This document shows positions 1 to 15,187 of a stretch of 64,000 nt of DNA, in pieces (position 1 is the first letter of the stretch; each line of letters begins with the position of its first letter). Position numbers and translations under genes: made by a program. This DNA is from Microbotryum violaceum (lineage: Eukaryota): positions 1,612,001 to 1,676,000 of the forward strand of contig CDLV01000007.1 of the NCBI GenBank assembly GCA_001244265.2, given 5' to 3'. The notes below the pieces were generated by a model that was not told the origin of the DNA, did not search any database, and saw only the letters and a program-made list of their open reading frames with translations.

Positions 1-1266
1 CCAGACATGCACGTTCGTGTCGGTGACAGCATAGATGAGGTATTTGCCCCCGTCCGGTGTGGACGGGACGGGGGACACGGCAACGGAGAGGATGCCGGCG
101 GTGGGATCAGCGGCGTTCTTGCCGCCAAAGACGGCGGACCAGACCGAGCCTGCCCATCCGACACTCCGCTCCAAGGGACGCACGTTGACGTCGACTCGAC
201 CTCCGACCGAGGTGAGAGCGATCAGCAAGACACGCGAACGGCTGGTGCTGACGACGTACGAGGTCGGGGAGAGGGTCGTGAGTCCGCGGACGAGTTCGCC
301 CTCGGTGAGGGAAAGAGATGCACCGAGGTAACGCTCAACGCCGGAAAGTGCCATGCTTAGAGCTTCCCAGAAACGAAGTTCACCGGTCGTCGACACGACC
401 AGGAGACCGGGCTCTCGTCGAGACGAAGCGCTACCGGTCGAGGAAACGACGAAACTGGCGAACGAGAGGGGCGCATAGGTAGAAACGTTGCTAGGGAGCG
501 AGTCGGTCCTGGGTAGTGGGAAGACGTAGGTTGCTGATGCACTCGAGCGCTAACCGACGGAAGCAGCCAAAGCGACAGAAAAAGTAGAGAGAGGTGAGCT
601 CGTGTCTCTCGAGAGAGGAGCAAGACGGTTCAGCTTGGCGTGCTCACCTTTGTCCAGTTCCAGACAAAGCAGTATTCGCGCGTGACGAGGCACGCAAATC
701 CAGTGGTGTGATCGAGTGTTGCACGGAAAGGATCGACGTAGGGATCTGGAAGATGGGAAGCTGGGGTCATCAGTGACTGAACGACGGGAAGGCAGAGCAA
801 GGAAAGGGAAAGGGGACTGACCTGCACTCGAGACGATCTGCTGTACCTCCACGGGCAGTCCCTTCCGTTCGAGCACGACGTAATACTCATCCCTGACGAG
901 CACCTTGTCGAGTGACTCTTCGGTAGGTCGTGAGCCCACAACGGAGCGTCGGTCGCCGTCGCCTCCCGCGTCGGACGAAGCTGCGATCGAGCTCTGTGCA
1001 CGACGACTCGAAGCTGCGATCGAGAGTGAGCGACCATAGCTCTGAGGAGCGGGTTGACCATAGATCCCTCTGCCGTACTGCGCCATGGATGGGTTGGCAT
1101 GCGAGCCGGCGAGGCTGGGTTCTGGTGAGGCTCGAGGCGTGGTCTCGCCCGACTGCAACGCCTGCGACGCCGCACGAGTCGCTGCACGAGACCCAGCACG
1201 TCGAGGTGTGCCCACCCGTCGGGGTGTGGTCGAGTTCGCAGGTGGTGTGCCCAGGCCCGAGTACAT
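1..1266 (-). CDS. NUP133: Nucleoporin Nup133, N-terminal beta-propeller part; runs off the window start
   Basis: ATG at 1266; introns ~761-821 and ~551-647. Spliced product includes ATLDHTTGFACLVTREYCFVWNW and REPGLLVVSTTGELRFWEALS, typical of fungal Nup133. Confidence 0.8.
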
Positions 1267-1545
1267 GGTTGAGGCGTGGATGTCGATCAGGCGCGCAAGG
1301 CGAGCTGCGAGTTGGCTGAGGGCAAGGAGCCACTAGCCACTTGCACCAGCGCGCTCGGAGGACTTGACTCTGATTGGGCAAATTTCTCCAGTTCACGATC
1401 GGCATCTCAATAGAACTGGGCACACGATCGCAACAGCTGATATTACAACACAATCCCCAAGACCATTCCAAAGACTCCTCCTCGACACATTCGCCAGTGA
1501 AAAACAGATACATAAAGTTCACTCATATTCCTCCCATGGGCTTCC

Positions 1546-2455
1546 TCAGGCGACCAATCCGTTCCACAGCGTGTTGGACCACGCGAAATCCGACGATTCC
1601 GCATCGAGTTGCACTGTGCGCACCTGGTCGCTCGCTTGAGATTCTGTTCCAAGACGTCGAAAGGTCAGCACGCGGTTTTGGTTCGCTTTTCGGGTTGAAC
1701 GCTTTCCCAGCAACGCGACTGCACTTACTGACGATGACACCTCGTACGGCACCGTCCTGTTCCTTGGGCATGAACCCGAGATTCCGGTACAGAGAAAGGC
1801 GAAGGCTATTTGAAGATCCGTCAAAGTAAGCACCGATCCCAAGCGAGTCTCCATCGCGCTCCTCAAAGAAAGGTTCGTCATCCTCAACTCACACTTCCGA
1901 ATTGAGTTCCGAAGCATGCACGACATCGGCATCCTCGTCCCTCAACTCTTGCTGCAACCTCGCCAACTCGGCCTGCAGCCTCGCGACGTTCTGCTCAAGC
2001 TCGCTGTTCTTTTTGTAGCCCGTGAAGAGCTGTTGGCGGTTCTGCTCCATCAGCCGGACGTGCTCTTCGGCCGAGGGAACTCCCGCAGGCCGCGAGGCCG
2101 CGATGCGAAGTCGTTCTTGCTCGCGTGCGAGCGCTGCGATTTGGCGCACGGTAAGTCAGCATCAAAATGACCATCCCAAGACACACGCTTCTGAACGAAC
2201 GCAATGCCAGAGCGGCGCGCCAAACGCACCCCTCAAATGATCCCTCGCGTGGTCAACAACGACCTTGGACCTCTTGTTCAGTTCCTCGACGCCCTCGATC
2301 GTCCGATGCATGATCTTGACCTCGGGACCGTTCCAAAGACGCTTCTTCTCGTCCCAGTCGATGGGCTCGTCGCCGTCCGCGTTCTTGAACAACTCGAGCG
2401 TGCCTTCGATCAAGGTGCCGTACTCTTCGTCGAACTTGGCCATCTCGGCTGACAT
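1546..2455 (-). CDS. SPC24: Kinetochore Ndc80-complex subunit Spc24 (multi-exon)
   Basis: Coiled-coil exon (ELEQNVARLQAELARLQQEL), then LRLSLYRNLGF and C-terminal DQVRTVQLDAESSDFAWSNTLW, matching the Spc24 RWD-like domain pattern. Confidence 0.7.
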
Positions 2456-2955
2456 AATGAACGAGTTATGTAAAAGCGTGGTATGGGTAGTAGTGTGGGA
2501 CGTGTACTGCGACTGTCCGCGGAAGAGGCTGGATCGTCTCGTGTGGGCTGTGTGTATGCGCGCAAATCAAGAGGCGACGAGACGCGCCTCGAGTGCGAGG
2601 TTGAAGGTTGAACGATAACGTCCACCGCGCGCGCGCACGGACCTCTTCGAACCTCGACGCGTGCCCTTCGTGAGGAGTCATGGAGAGCGTATGATGGCTC
2701 AAGTAAGCTCTCGCAGTGGCGTGCAGGAGACCTTTTGATGAATTGAGGATTGTATTCATCGCATGCGGGATCAGAGACAAGTTCTGCCGATGGTCAACAT
2801 CAGTTTAGACGTCCGTGTGGATTACGAACTTAAGAGGCTAGACAGGCCAATAGAGGGCACTTCACAGTATAATAATAAAAGACTTCGTTACTCCAAAAGC
2901 TCCAGCGGCCTTACGCTCGCCACGACCAAGATACACGGCCACGAGCCTCGAAGAT

Positions 2956-4766
2956 TCACATGGCGAAGGGGCATCGCGCGCGCGGGGTTCCGCCGACCGC
3001 ATAGGGGCCTTCCAATTTGCCCCCTTGAATCTTCTCGGCTCGTCGACGCACCTCGTCCACTTCTTTGCCTTCGTACTTGCGAGGACCCTGTAGGTATGCG
3101 CGGATTTATCAGCCTCACAATTCCTCAAGAGGCAATGAAAAAAGTAGGCCTTGAACCCACCATCGTCTCCAAACGATAACCCTCCGGCTGAAACTCCTTA
3201 GACGGGATCGAACGCGGATGCGCCATTCCAATCATGATCAACCCCTTCTGAAGCCACATCCACGGCGTAGAAGGGATTGGCATATACCATGGTTCATTCA
3301 TGTACGAAGGAGGATGGGACATCGGGGCGTATCGATCTGAGGCCTTGTCCAACTTCGAAAGCTGTTCGTCGTCCGCGGAGGCTTCGTATCGATAGCCGGG
3401 CGGGAAAGCGGGATATTCTCGGGGGTGAGGAACAGTGTTGAACCCCATCGATTCGGGCCGAGGCGGAAACAGGTGACGTATGACGAATGCGCGCATGTGA
3501 AAGGCCGAGTGGACAAAGGACGTGAGCCAAGCGGGAGGTTGAGGAGCTCTGCGAGGGGATCAGCCTCTCGAATTGATCAGTCCCGAACCATGCACATCAC
3601 TAGAGCGGTACTAGATGCTTACTTGACCGCCGCACGCAGCCTATCCATCATCAAAGTCGATACGACGATACGTCCCCCATTCTTGAGAAAGTTCGGTACG
3701 TTGAACAGGAGCAGATCCGTCGTTGCTTCAGCGACCTTGCGACTCTTCTCATTCGGCAGCATGTTCTCCTCCTCGTACGCCTCGGACCAATCGAGCATCT
3801 CCTGCAGTTCGACAGGGATCTCCTCGATACCCATACGCCGACCAACCTCGGAGAAAAAGACGTGCCAGGCCTGTTCCTCAAGTGGGGTCAAGCATCGCCA
3901 CTCGAAGCGATGGGCCCAGAGGGCCGGCTCACGGATGAACGTCGACAGGGTGTAGAGTAAATCGCTGTTGGTGATGACCTTGTAGTGGGAATGTTGGAGA
4001 TTGATGCGAGCGATCGCGATCGCTCCTCGTGGGTCCAGCGGTCCGGCTGATTCGACGACTCCTGAGCCAGGGCCGACCATGGGGTACCGGATAAATGAGC
4101 CAATTAGTACGTTCGTATCGACGTAGCTGTACGGAACGTATAAATATCAATATTAATATTGCGGACATAACCACCCGCCTCGTCGTAGGGACATATCACT
4201 CACCGGCGGCCAGCTTTGTCCATGTCGGTGAACTCAGCAGAACTGAGCAGCACGTCAGAGATGGTCTCGATGCCGTAGGTCTGTGATGGACGCCAAGATG
4301 GATAAATGTACATTTGGAATAGTCAGTATCCATTTGATGCAAGGTGCCGCTTTTGTGCTTGGTCAGCTAGCTTTCAGGTTGACAGTCTTTATGGAGGTTG
4401 AAACTTTCAGCTGAAAGCGAGAGCTAGGGTCCCCGCAAACCACGGCTAGAGGTCACACGGTCACGAGCGACTCACGAGAAATAAGGCGAATTCAAGCGCT
4501 TTGGTGATTGTAAAGGGCATATCAAACTCGGCTCCGGGAGTCAAGATAGCCTGAGCTTCTGCTGGTGTCATGGGGTATTGTTCACGTGTCGGTGCATGGC
4601 CATCACGTCCACGACGCAGTGGAGGCGGTCGAGCGAGTCCATGGCGCTTCGCGTAGGCGAGATGGGTCGCTTTGATCATGGAGTAGCGGGTCAGATGGAC
4701 GTAGCCGAGGTACGATACGATGACCACCACAGTGTACGTCATATAAGACCCGTATGGAATCGACAT
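2956..4766 (-). CDS. ER-bound oxygenase of the MpaB'/rubber oxygenase (DUF2236) family
   Basis: N-terminal TM segment; motifs ALEFALF-TYGI.TIS, RYVDT, AIARINLQHSHY.ITNSDLLYTLSTF, EVGRRMGI, GYRLETMGP; ends RCPFAM*. Confidence 0.8.
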
Positions 4767-5039
4767 GGTGTGTGAATGACTATTGGATGCTGCAAGATGT
4801 CCAGAGCGCAAGAAGAGCCGCGGACCCCGCCGCATGTGGGGCAGGAGACTCGCTTTTCGGGGGACGAACGCGATTGAAGCGCTAGTGAGAAGTCGACTAC
4901 CGGCGTGCTCTGATGCTCACAAATATAATGCCGACGAATCAGTCTGGGCATATCACACGTCAATCACGCAGTCATCAGAGTACGTGTCCGGCAATTCGAG
5001 AAACTTTTTGCATGGGGTCTTTCAAAGAGAATTATTCAG

Positions 5040-6200
5040 CTAGGCAGGAACGGCCGCCGGGTGAGCGGTTCTCAGCAGCTCCGATCACCTCACCGGCCCC
5101 GGCGGCAATCCAAAAGATCATCGCAGCCACTGGAATTGTGGGGTTCTGAATATGAAGCCCCTCTGATGCCTGTGTTGTACAAACAAAAGGGATCGGTCAG
5201 CAGATCCGTGAGTCTATGCCCATCAGCAGCATGCACTCATAACCGGTAGCCGTGTTGGCGAGAGCGAAAAAGTCGGCTCCGCTGCCGATGTTTTGGATTG
5301 GCTACGATAAAGCTCAGCTGAACCAACTGGAAGGTCGGTACCCGCCGCTTTTCAATTCAAACTCAACTCGTCCTATTCCCACCGTTGTCGTCTCATCATC
5401 TCTCGCGGGGGTTCCCATCCCTCATCCGTAATGCCCCGCACCGCCCTTGACGAATCAGAATCCGCCAAAACACTTTCGTTGTCGGCGCTCCGACTCCTGC
5501 AGCGTCGGACACTCCGTCTCGCGGCTTCCAGGGCAGTCTTTGTCGCGCTTGCCGCTTTTTCTGGATGTTACAGCGGATGCAGTTGGAACGCAATTGTGGT
5601 TGGTTTGGTCGTTGCCACTGCAGAGGTTTTTAACTGAGGAGGTCGTCATCGCCTTTATAGTCTGAGTGGTGGCAACATCCTGAGCCACGGCATCCGCTGC
5701 TTTGGTCTTTGTGATAGGCGAGGTCCCAAAGATTTCATTCTGTGACCCATTCTTGAAGCCCCTGTTGACGATGTCTGTACGGGAAAACTGCATTGGATCA
5801 GTCATCGGAACTTCCAATGGCCCCAAGCCGAGGACTTTGATTCTCGAACTCACAACCCGGACGATGGAAGTTGTCTACCCAAGGAACGTTCCAGTAGTCA
5901 TTGTAGAGGTAGATGGCGGCTTTTTTACCCGTCACACATCGCTCAGGATGTTCATAGCAGGGCTTGGGGTTGTTCGATGGTATCGCGATCTTTGGTGTGT
6001 TGGCAATAGCACGAGATACGGTGGAACGCCCGAGTTGGTAGTATGAGGCGAGATATGAAGTCAAGATATTTTCCAGTGAGGAAACGAGTGGCTCAGGAGC
6101 GGTCAGATTCTTAAGACTGTCGATATGGAGACCACGTAAGCTCACGGAATGAATGGGTGTTGTCAAGTGAGACTGATGAGCGAGAAGTGGAGCGTCCGAG
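5040..6200 (-). pseudogene. Exon-like fragments of an unidentified gene or pseudogene
   Basis: Protein-like ORF pieces (5798-6130, 5455-5830, ~5040-5180) separated by GT..AG segments. No clean start codon or family recognised. Confidence 0.3.
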
Positions 6201-6389
6201 TGATGATGATGTCGGGCCTGCCGATGAAGAGAGGGAGGACGAAAAATGCGGTGCAGGTGCAAGGTATGTCTCTGCAGTTGAGGAAGGAGAGCACCAACAT
6301 GAATAAAACCACCGAGACTTCGAGGTTGATGTTCTGCCTGAGCGTAGGGGAAGGGCTGCAAGGGAATCGTACGAGTGCCAGCGCTAGGC

Positions 6390-7050
6390 TGTAGTCTGGC
6401 CAGTTCGCCTCAAGATTCGACCCGACTGCGCAGACCTAGGCCAGGGCATAGCTTCCATCTATCTCGACTGACTCCAATAGCTACTCCAAGTTGTCAGCTC
6501 GAACGAGCGCACAAACCGAGCTTTACTCCGAGCGAGTGCCTTGCAAGGTCGTCGGTGCCTCGGGATAGGGGGTTGGATGTAGGTCCGCAGCCCCGCACTT
6601 TCCGTCCTTGTAAGCGCTTGAGCTCGAAGGCGCTCGTGATTATCGCGCGCGCCTCAATGGACGCCTATGGGCCGCCGTTTGGGCAACAAATGGATCTGCG
6701 CGCACGGGGACTGACCCATAGATCTCAGAGAGAGCGCCGGCGCGCACCGAGCTTCTCCTGTGCCCGGCGCCGGCCTGGAGCCCGCTCCGGATCCCCACGC
6801 GTGCGTCTGAGTCAACCCTGAACCATCAACCCCAGGGTGAGGACTGAGGTGAACCAACAGTCGGATTCGAGTTTTCAGGGGTTTCAAGGTCTTCTCCCTG
6901 GGTAGGTACTACTACGATGTGCTCTCCTCTCTGTTTATTGGCAGTGCTGATATGCGCACCCAATCTTCTCGTTCCTATTGATAGGTATAGCTCCATCGTT
7001 CACTCATCACCTCCCAGCGTGACCCCGAACTCTGTCCAGGCCCGGCTACA
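6390..7050. mobile_element. Candidate solo LTR or short-TIR element
   Basis: TG...CA termini with an imperfect inverted repeat (TGTAGTCTGGCC / GGCCCGGCTACA). Non-coding, with AATAAA on the minus strand. No TSD found. Confidence 0.35.
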
Positions 7051-7111
7051 GACGTGTTGCGAATAGACGTACGTGTTTTAGACCAGATTCAGTTACCCAG
7101 GCTAGATTGAA

Positions 7112-10100
7112 TTATCCCTTTACGAGCACTTTCCCACTGCGACTACGTCCTGTCCATTGCCCATGCTCAAGTTGCTTCCATGCCGCCGCTTCAAGCGCTG
7201 CCACCCCTCGTGCTCGGCCCCCAATCCGAATCGGGGGTCCTTTCTTGAGTTGAGACGCGGTCGCCATCGAAAAAGAGCCGTGCGGCTGAAGCAAGAGCCG
7301 TGGTATCTTCTTCGAAGTCCTCTTCCGAGCATCACGTGCCGCCGGCTGCACGACGCTCGATCGGATCGGGGGCGGGTGGGAGGTCCGGCTTGGCCTTGAT
7401 TTTTTTGACTACCGTACCGTTTGTATTATCCCAACACCACACCAGCCGGTCAGATCCCTCCGGGTCATTCAGTCCGAGGGCTTATCCGTCCGGGAGTGGA
7501 TGCGCCATGTATCTATTGACGGTGTGAATGAGGTAGCTGGTATCCAGGAGCTGTGGGTATACTGCGCGTTTGCTTGCTTGTTGTTGGCTCACGGATTAGC
7601 CCGCTGATGATTGATTTGATCCGAAGCACATCACTTAAGCTTTCGGCCCTCATAATGGGTGACCCAGCACGCTACTTCCCACCCAATCAACGCGACGACG
7701 GTGGTGATCCAGCGTCGACGGTAGGGAAGGTTGACTTTTCGATGTGTCGACGCCTTGGTGCCTCCAACCAAAAGAGGACGCAGAATCTTCTCCACAGTAT
7801 CGTCATTCCCGTAGAGGCCAAAGAGCGTTCCGAGGTCCGGCAGACGGGAGTCAGGTTGCGGCGCATCGTCATTGCCAGCCGCGCGCGCCCTGTAGTGCAT
7901 GCCGCGCCTCGCTCAGCATCCACTCGGCTGAGAATTTGACAGGCGCAGGGGTACCCACCGGTGCTGTTCCAGGTAAAGATTGCCATAGCCGCTCTCCAGG
8001 AACTTCTTCGCTCGATTGGCCGCTAGCTTGCGCACGTCCTTGAGATTCCTCGAAACATAGATCTTGGCCGTCGAGACAAGCTCGGACTGCCAGTTTGGAA
8101 ATGGCGAATAATTTGATGGTCATTGTGGCATCACAGTAAGAGAAGCGGGTCAGTCTTTGCCGACGACGCTTGCTGCGCACTCCACAACCTCTCGGACCTC
8201 GACCACCTCAATCGGGCGATCGAGCTTTACGAACAGGCAAGTGCCAGCAAGCTCAGCAACGCCAAATCTTTCCTCTACCCCATTGGAGCGTTTCGGGATC
8301 GGCCGATCGCCCCAGATCTCGGGACCTGGCGTCTCAGCGATTCGCAGTTTCGCTACCTTGGTATTCAGGTCGGGGTGGAGATCGCCGAGGATGCGGGCTG
8401 GGAAGACGTCATGGCCTCGAGCGTCGCTCGGATACGCTCAATTCCGATGTACGATCTCCCATATGCAGCCAAGTGTTCGATCATCAACATCTAATGCTAC
8501 ACAAAGATCCTGTACTGCAGCCGATTCCTCCCCGCCCCCAAGGGCGTTGTCAAGGAGATCGAGGAGGCCGCCATGCTCGCCATTCACGGTCGAGCTTCGG
8601 ATGGCACTCGGCGACGTCCGAAGGTCTCCCGGTCGCGCCTCTGCACCCCTCTCGATCACGGCGGCTTCGGCTTGATTGACCTGCCTCGGCGTCTAGCTAT
8701 CGATCACGCGAAGTGGGTCTTCCAGCTCCGGGCCCCGGACGGCTGCTTCACACGCCACCTCTTCGACATCCGCATCCGCCTCTCGGCACCGAACGAACCA
8801 ACCCGTTTCACCTTGTCCAGACCGGCCCCCAACCAGCATCGTCGCCCTTGGATCTGGATCTGGTGGGCATACTTTTGCTATCCTCCCCCAAAGTGGGACC
8901 ATGCGGTGAGAAAGACGACAAAACTTCTTCCTGCTCGTTGGGCCCGATACTTCGAAGCCTGGGCGTTGGTGACCACGCTCAATCCCCCGGGACTCTCCAA
9001 GAGCCAGAACCTCGAGCAATGGGCGACGCACGTACTCTATTTCCCAGTGGGCCACGGAATACAACTTTCGGTAAACCCGACGCTTTTTCGAGGGCCCGAT
9101 GGTGAGGTGATGACCCCGTCTTCGTTTGTGAACGCGTCCAAACGCCACCAAGTCTTCATCTTCCCTCCTATCTTCCCCAAGGGACACAAGAAGGTATTCA
9201 ATCTGCCTGAACAACGTTGGAACGCTTGGTGGAAGGCTTTGCGCAAGGTTCGCCGGGTTCACTCGGACGCCGAGGATACCGGCCACCTTCTCTCCCTGGG
9301 GTCCCTCCATCCGGGAAGCCAAGTCGCCTCCCCAACCAGCCCGCACCCCAACAATCGATCTGCCTCCTGTATGATGTGCCTCTCGGAAGCACCCGAGTGC
9401 CTGGCCCACCTCGCGGTCGGCTGCCCCTTTGGCCCGGCGTCTCTGGTCTGCTCTGTCCCCGACCCCCCACCCAGTCTTTGTGGACTTTGTATGTCCGGTC
9501 GTGTCTCGCTCGGAACGTCGACTTGTCGAACTACGAGTGCTGTTCTTTCACTCGATCTGGAAGCTCTGTCGCCGTCGCCGATTCTCGTCGGATCCTTTGG
9601 AACCGGTCACCGAAACGGAGTTCGAGGGGCTTCGAGCCTCTATTCAGGAGTCCAAGGGTCGCCTAGTGTCTCTGTGAGACCCCAAAGGGGGTTTTAGTGG
9701 GTATGGTTGATCCTGGTTCAGGGTCAATGAGTCCTACACTACTGGTTTCTGCCAGTGTGCGTAACAGCATTCCCTCCGACTTTTCCGAAGATTTCTAGGT
9801 ATTAATATAATTATGCTGTTAATGAAGTCTATCAAATAAATAAACAGGTCAGAGAGGATCGTGTTTCTTGCCGAGCGCGGCCACCAGGCAGCGCTCACCT
9901 CGTAGTTCTCTAAGTACTTTGAGTCTTAGCGCAATTCATAAGGAACCACTTCTTGGAACCCAGCACCACAGTGTATGCGCGAGAGCATGAATCGAAAGTC
10001 GCTTAGATGGTCGGGTTGGATCTTGAACAATTGGTACAGTCGAACCAGGGGCCCTCAGCTCGTCCCGGGCCTCCTGTTGGTCGATCGGCCCGCCATTGTG
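7112..10100 (-). pseudogene. Decayed multi-exon gene interrupted by the LINE
   Basis: Spliceable exons (..LRLKVLRELR; PSNYSPFPNWQSELVSTAKIYVSRNLKDVRK..LEQHR|ARAAGNDDAPQPD..) flank the LINE. In-frame stops are present. Confidence 0.4.
8154..9846 (+). mobile_element. 5'-truncated L1/Tx1-like non-LTR retrotransposon (ORF2 C-terminal RT and zinc-binding region), inactivated
   Basis: RT motifs FADD, FRYLGI, GGFGLIDL and C-terminal CMMC..E..HL..CP. In-frame TAA at 8492-8494, frameshift at ~9429, ORF end at 9677, A-rich (TAAA) tail, candidate TSD GGTCAG (8148-8153 / 9847-9852). Confidence 0.9.
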
Positions 10101-10698
10101 CGCTCCTATGGAACTTAAATAGCCACGCGCATGCGGGGTATTTCGGCCATTTCGGCCAATGAAATCTCCACCATCGTCGAGGCTGGGACCCCCCATTCTT
10201 CGAAATGAAACCTTCAGCTCTAACGAGCTTCAGGGATTTTCTGGCGCGTGTGTTGAAATGTCGGAGAGTTCAAGTCGCTTACGTGTGTGTTCAGATTGTG
10301 GTCTGGCGTGTGTCATCATAAATTTGGGGAGCGTGAGAATCTCGCTCAAGTGCGCTTGAAGTGCGAAAGAGCGTTATCAAAATGGGTCGGAAACAAGTGA
10401 AAAGTGCGAAGGAGTGTGTAAATGCTACGTCGTGGGTCAAAGATAGCGCTGACGCGTATGTTCAATGCGTCGAGGTATGTCACAGAGGGTCTGGCGCGTG
10501 TCAGTTATGTCTGGTGTGTGCTGTAAAGCGGTCTCGCGCGCATTGTCATTGCGCCGCGCGTGTTCACTCGGAATAAAACCACAAAAGGCGGCCCATACTG
10601 AGCTGCTGAGCTGAGGCGCTGAGGGCCCTCGCGCGCGACGACCGTCCTCCCCCCCCCATCTCCGCTCTCGATCCGTCCATCCTTCTGCGCTTGGCACG

Positions 10699-13251
10699 AT
10701 GGCGACCGTACCCCTGTTGTTCTCTCCCTTGCTCTCCCAGACGTTCGACTCGACGCTGTCGTTGCATTCACCCCCGCCGACCGTGCCGGACCGGAAGGAG
10801 GATCCGAGCGACTCTACCGAGTTCGACAGCGGCAATGGCAACGGCAGGCCTGGAGGCGGGGTCGTGGGGAGCCAGCAGCACAAGTCGATGGAGGCCTCGC
10901 TGTCCCCCTTCGAGCGGTTGCCACCCGAGTTGATCGAAGCCATCGCCTTTTCCGTCTGTCGTCAATGCCCCGTGGGTGTACCTTCGTCGCTGCTGAGCGT
11001 GTTTCTGCTCAGCAAACGCTTCTACGATGTACTGGGTCCTCGCAACGAGGGCTTCTACGCGGATCTATTCCGTCAGCGCTTCGACTGGCGATCGGTCCAG
11101 AGACGATGGGCAGGAGTGAGTATCTTCTATCCCACGTTATACTTTACTGAATCGTATCTGAACTTTGCTCGCACTCTCTTACCAGATGAAAACGATTGAG
11201 GACAAGCGGGAAAAGAAGTCAGTGCTGCTCGAATCGGCCACCAAAGCTCGCCCAGCGAACAACCTCAAGTTCACCGTCGGCTCCTTTACCCGGCCCAACT
11301 CGCCTTCCGAATACCTACTCGAATCGACGTCGGTGTGGAGACCCCTCATGAGCCGTGATCTGGCCAAGGAACTTAGGCGGAGATGCACGATCCTCACAAG
11401 GATGCGCTCCGCTGCCATTACGGGGTCGATCCCACCCTCGAGCTCTCGACCGTCCAGTCCCAGGATGCAGGCCATGGCTTCCTCCGATGGTCCCGTCTTG
11501 ACTGAACCGGACGAGCTGACCCAGAATCTATGGACGTGCTATCTGATGTTGCTCGAGAATGGTCAGTCCGAGCGTGCATACTCGGGAGGATCAATCTTTC
11601 CTGCCCGCTAATATCCGCGAAACTCCTGCTCTCTGCTCAGATGGAAAGAACCTCGCGCACCTCGTTGAATACGGTCTGATGCGCGACTACATGCGACTCT
11701 TTTACGAACACTCGCTTTTCACGGAGGCGCTGAACCCGGGTTGGCCACGGCAGACTCCGGGACGAGCGCTCGGGCTATGGATTGGCTGGCTCGGCGGCGA
11801 CGACCTTAGTGCCGAGACGCCCGCAGAATCTGAGCAACGGTTCTTCGTCCTCAAGCCCTACGTGTTTGGTGCCCACAAGTTCGACGCCTTCCATGTCCCC
11901 TGGACGATCCCGACGCTCCCTGTAACGCGACAATCTCATCCCATCGTCCCGCCACCGATGGGTGCCTTCCTCGCCGATTTACGCCCGCGCACCCACGCCC
12001 AAATCATCACCCATATGGGTCGACGCATCGAGATGACCCCACCCGTCTTGGCTCACGCCGCCATTTTCAGCTTTTTCTACCGCGTTGAGCAAGATCCGAC
12101 ACAGGTCTCGGCCGACGTCGTCAACCCAGCCGCAGCTGGGGCCCCACCTCGTTTCCAGCTGCAGATTAACACCAACGCTCCGACGGCCACCACTGCTGCC
12201 GGGGGCGGGGCAACTTTTTCGAGTCGACCCGTCAAGACCGAACTACCTACGCTCGTGTCCAGATTCCATGACCGTGATTTCGCTCGACTCGCCTCGTGCA
12301 TCGATCCTTATTCGTCGCAAGGGCTACCGACGTTGTGCACCCGAGGCGACCTGGCCGGCTCTTGGGAAGGCCGGTTCTCCTTTTTCGACTTTGATTCTTA
12401 TCGCGAGATGCTGGGAGGTCGGATGCGATCCTTGTACGAAGGACCATTTGGGGATCAACCGCAGGTGTGGAAGATTGAAGAGATGATCGTCAAGTTGGAA
12501 GCGGGGCAACGTCACGGTGGCAAAGGACCGATCTTGAATGCGGGTTACGAAATTGGGCAATTTGGTCCGTTGAGGAGATCGCAGAGTCTTGATCGAGGAG
12601 CGCCAGCGATGACTTCGGGAGCTGCGAGTTCAGGAGGAGGGGCGATGTTGGCCTGTCGAGTGAGTGAGGATACGGCACGCCAGTCGAGGACCGACTCGTC
12701 GAGCACGAGGGGGAGCAAACGACCTCGGAATATTGTCGAAGAGCCGATCGAATGGGAAGAAGATCGAGAGGCCGAAGATGAGGATGGCGATTACGAGATC
12801 TTGTTGTCCGGTTCGGTGAGTCGTGACAGGATTGACCTCTCCTCGTGTGAGTCCTCGATATTGACTTCTCTCGAAACAGGGCCATTCGGCGTGGGGTCAA
12901 TTCAACCTCAAAGGACGCGTGCGGTCCTATGACGGCATGTTCTCCATTACGAAAGAGTACACCCCCGATTCAAGGGGAAGATGGCTCTATCGAGGGTATT
13001 GCGTAGGTGGAAACCTCGTTGGAAGGTGGAGGGATACCCATACGCCGATCGATATGTCTGGTTATGAAGGTCAGTAGAGGGCTCGGGACTCAGATTACCC
13101 GTATTGACATGCTGGCTGACACCTCTGTTTTGTACTCCTCCACCTTAGGAACATTCTTGGTAGGTCTTCTGCTAATACCAACTCATTTCAACAGGCCTGA
13201 TCGAACTGACCAAATCCCTATTTCGATGAATAGATGACTCGTCGAGCGTGA
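10699..13251 (+). CDS. F-box-like basidiomycete protein (multi-exon)
   Basis: F-box-like FERLPPELIEAIA. Conserved-looking C-terminus GSWEGRF, HSAWGQFNLKGRVRSYDG, GRWLYRGY, GNLVGRWRDT. Introns at ~11116, 11562, 12816, 13070, 13160. Confidence 0.7.
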
Positions 13252-13576
13252 AGACTTCTCTTTGTTGCTCAACTCTATGTTTCTTTCCATTCAATACAAG
13301 TCTCGCGACGCTCCCTTTCTTGTGCTTGGGCCCTTCTTGTCTTTGTATACTCCTTAATCTCGATGTTTGGATGTGTAACTTACGCTATTTATACTTATCT
13401 CTTCCCCAGTATGTGTTTTGAATTCCTTCTCGTGTGTCTTATTTCATTTCCTCCGCGTTCGTGTCTCCTTCAAGAGGATCGGCCTTCCTGTTTTGATAAG
13501 CACTCTATCGCGATTTCAAAAAAAAGGCCGCTCTTCCTCTTCACTTCTGTTATTTTCCTGACCACGCAGCGACGCT

Positions 13577-15106
<1,530 letters not shown>

Positions 15107-15128
15107 GGTGGAGGATTGGGGAGGTGGA

Positions 15129-15187
15129 GTGGGAAGTGGGAAGTGGGAAGTGGGAAGTGGGAAGTGGGAAGTGGGAAGTGGGAAGTA
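15129..15187. repeat. (GTGGGAA)n heptamer tandem repeat, ~8 copies, just upstream of the ADK1 ATG
   Basis: Perfect tandem array read directly from the sequence. Confidence 0.95.

Noticed and set aside
1374-1829. 151-aa plus-strand ORF
   Set aside because: Overlaps the SPC24 3' exons on the opposite strand.
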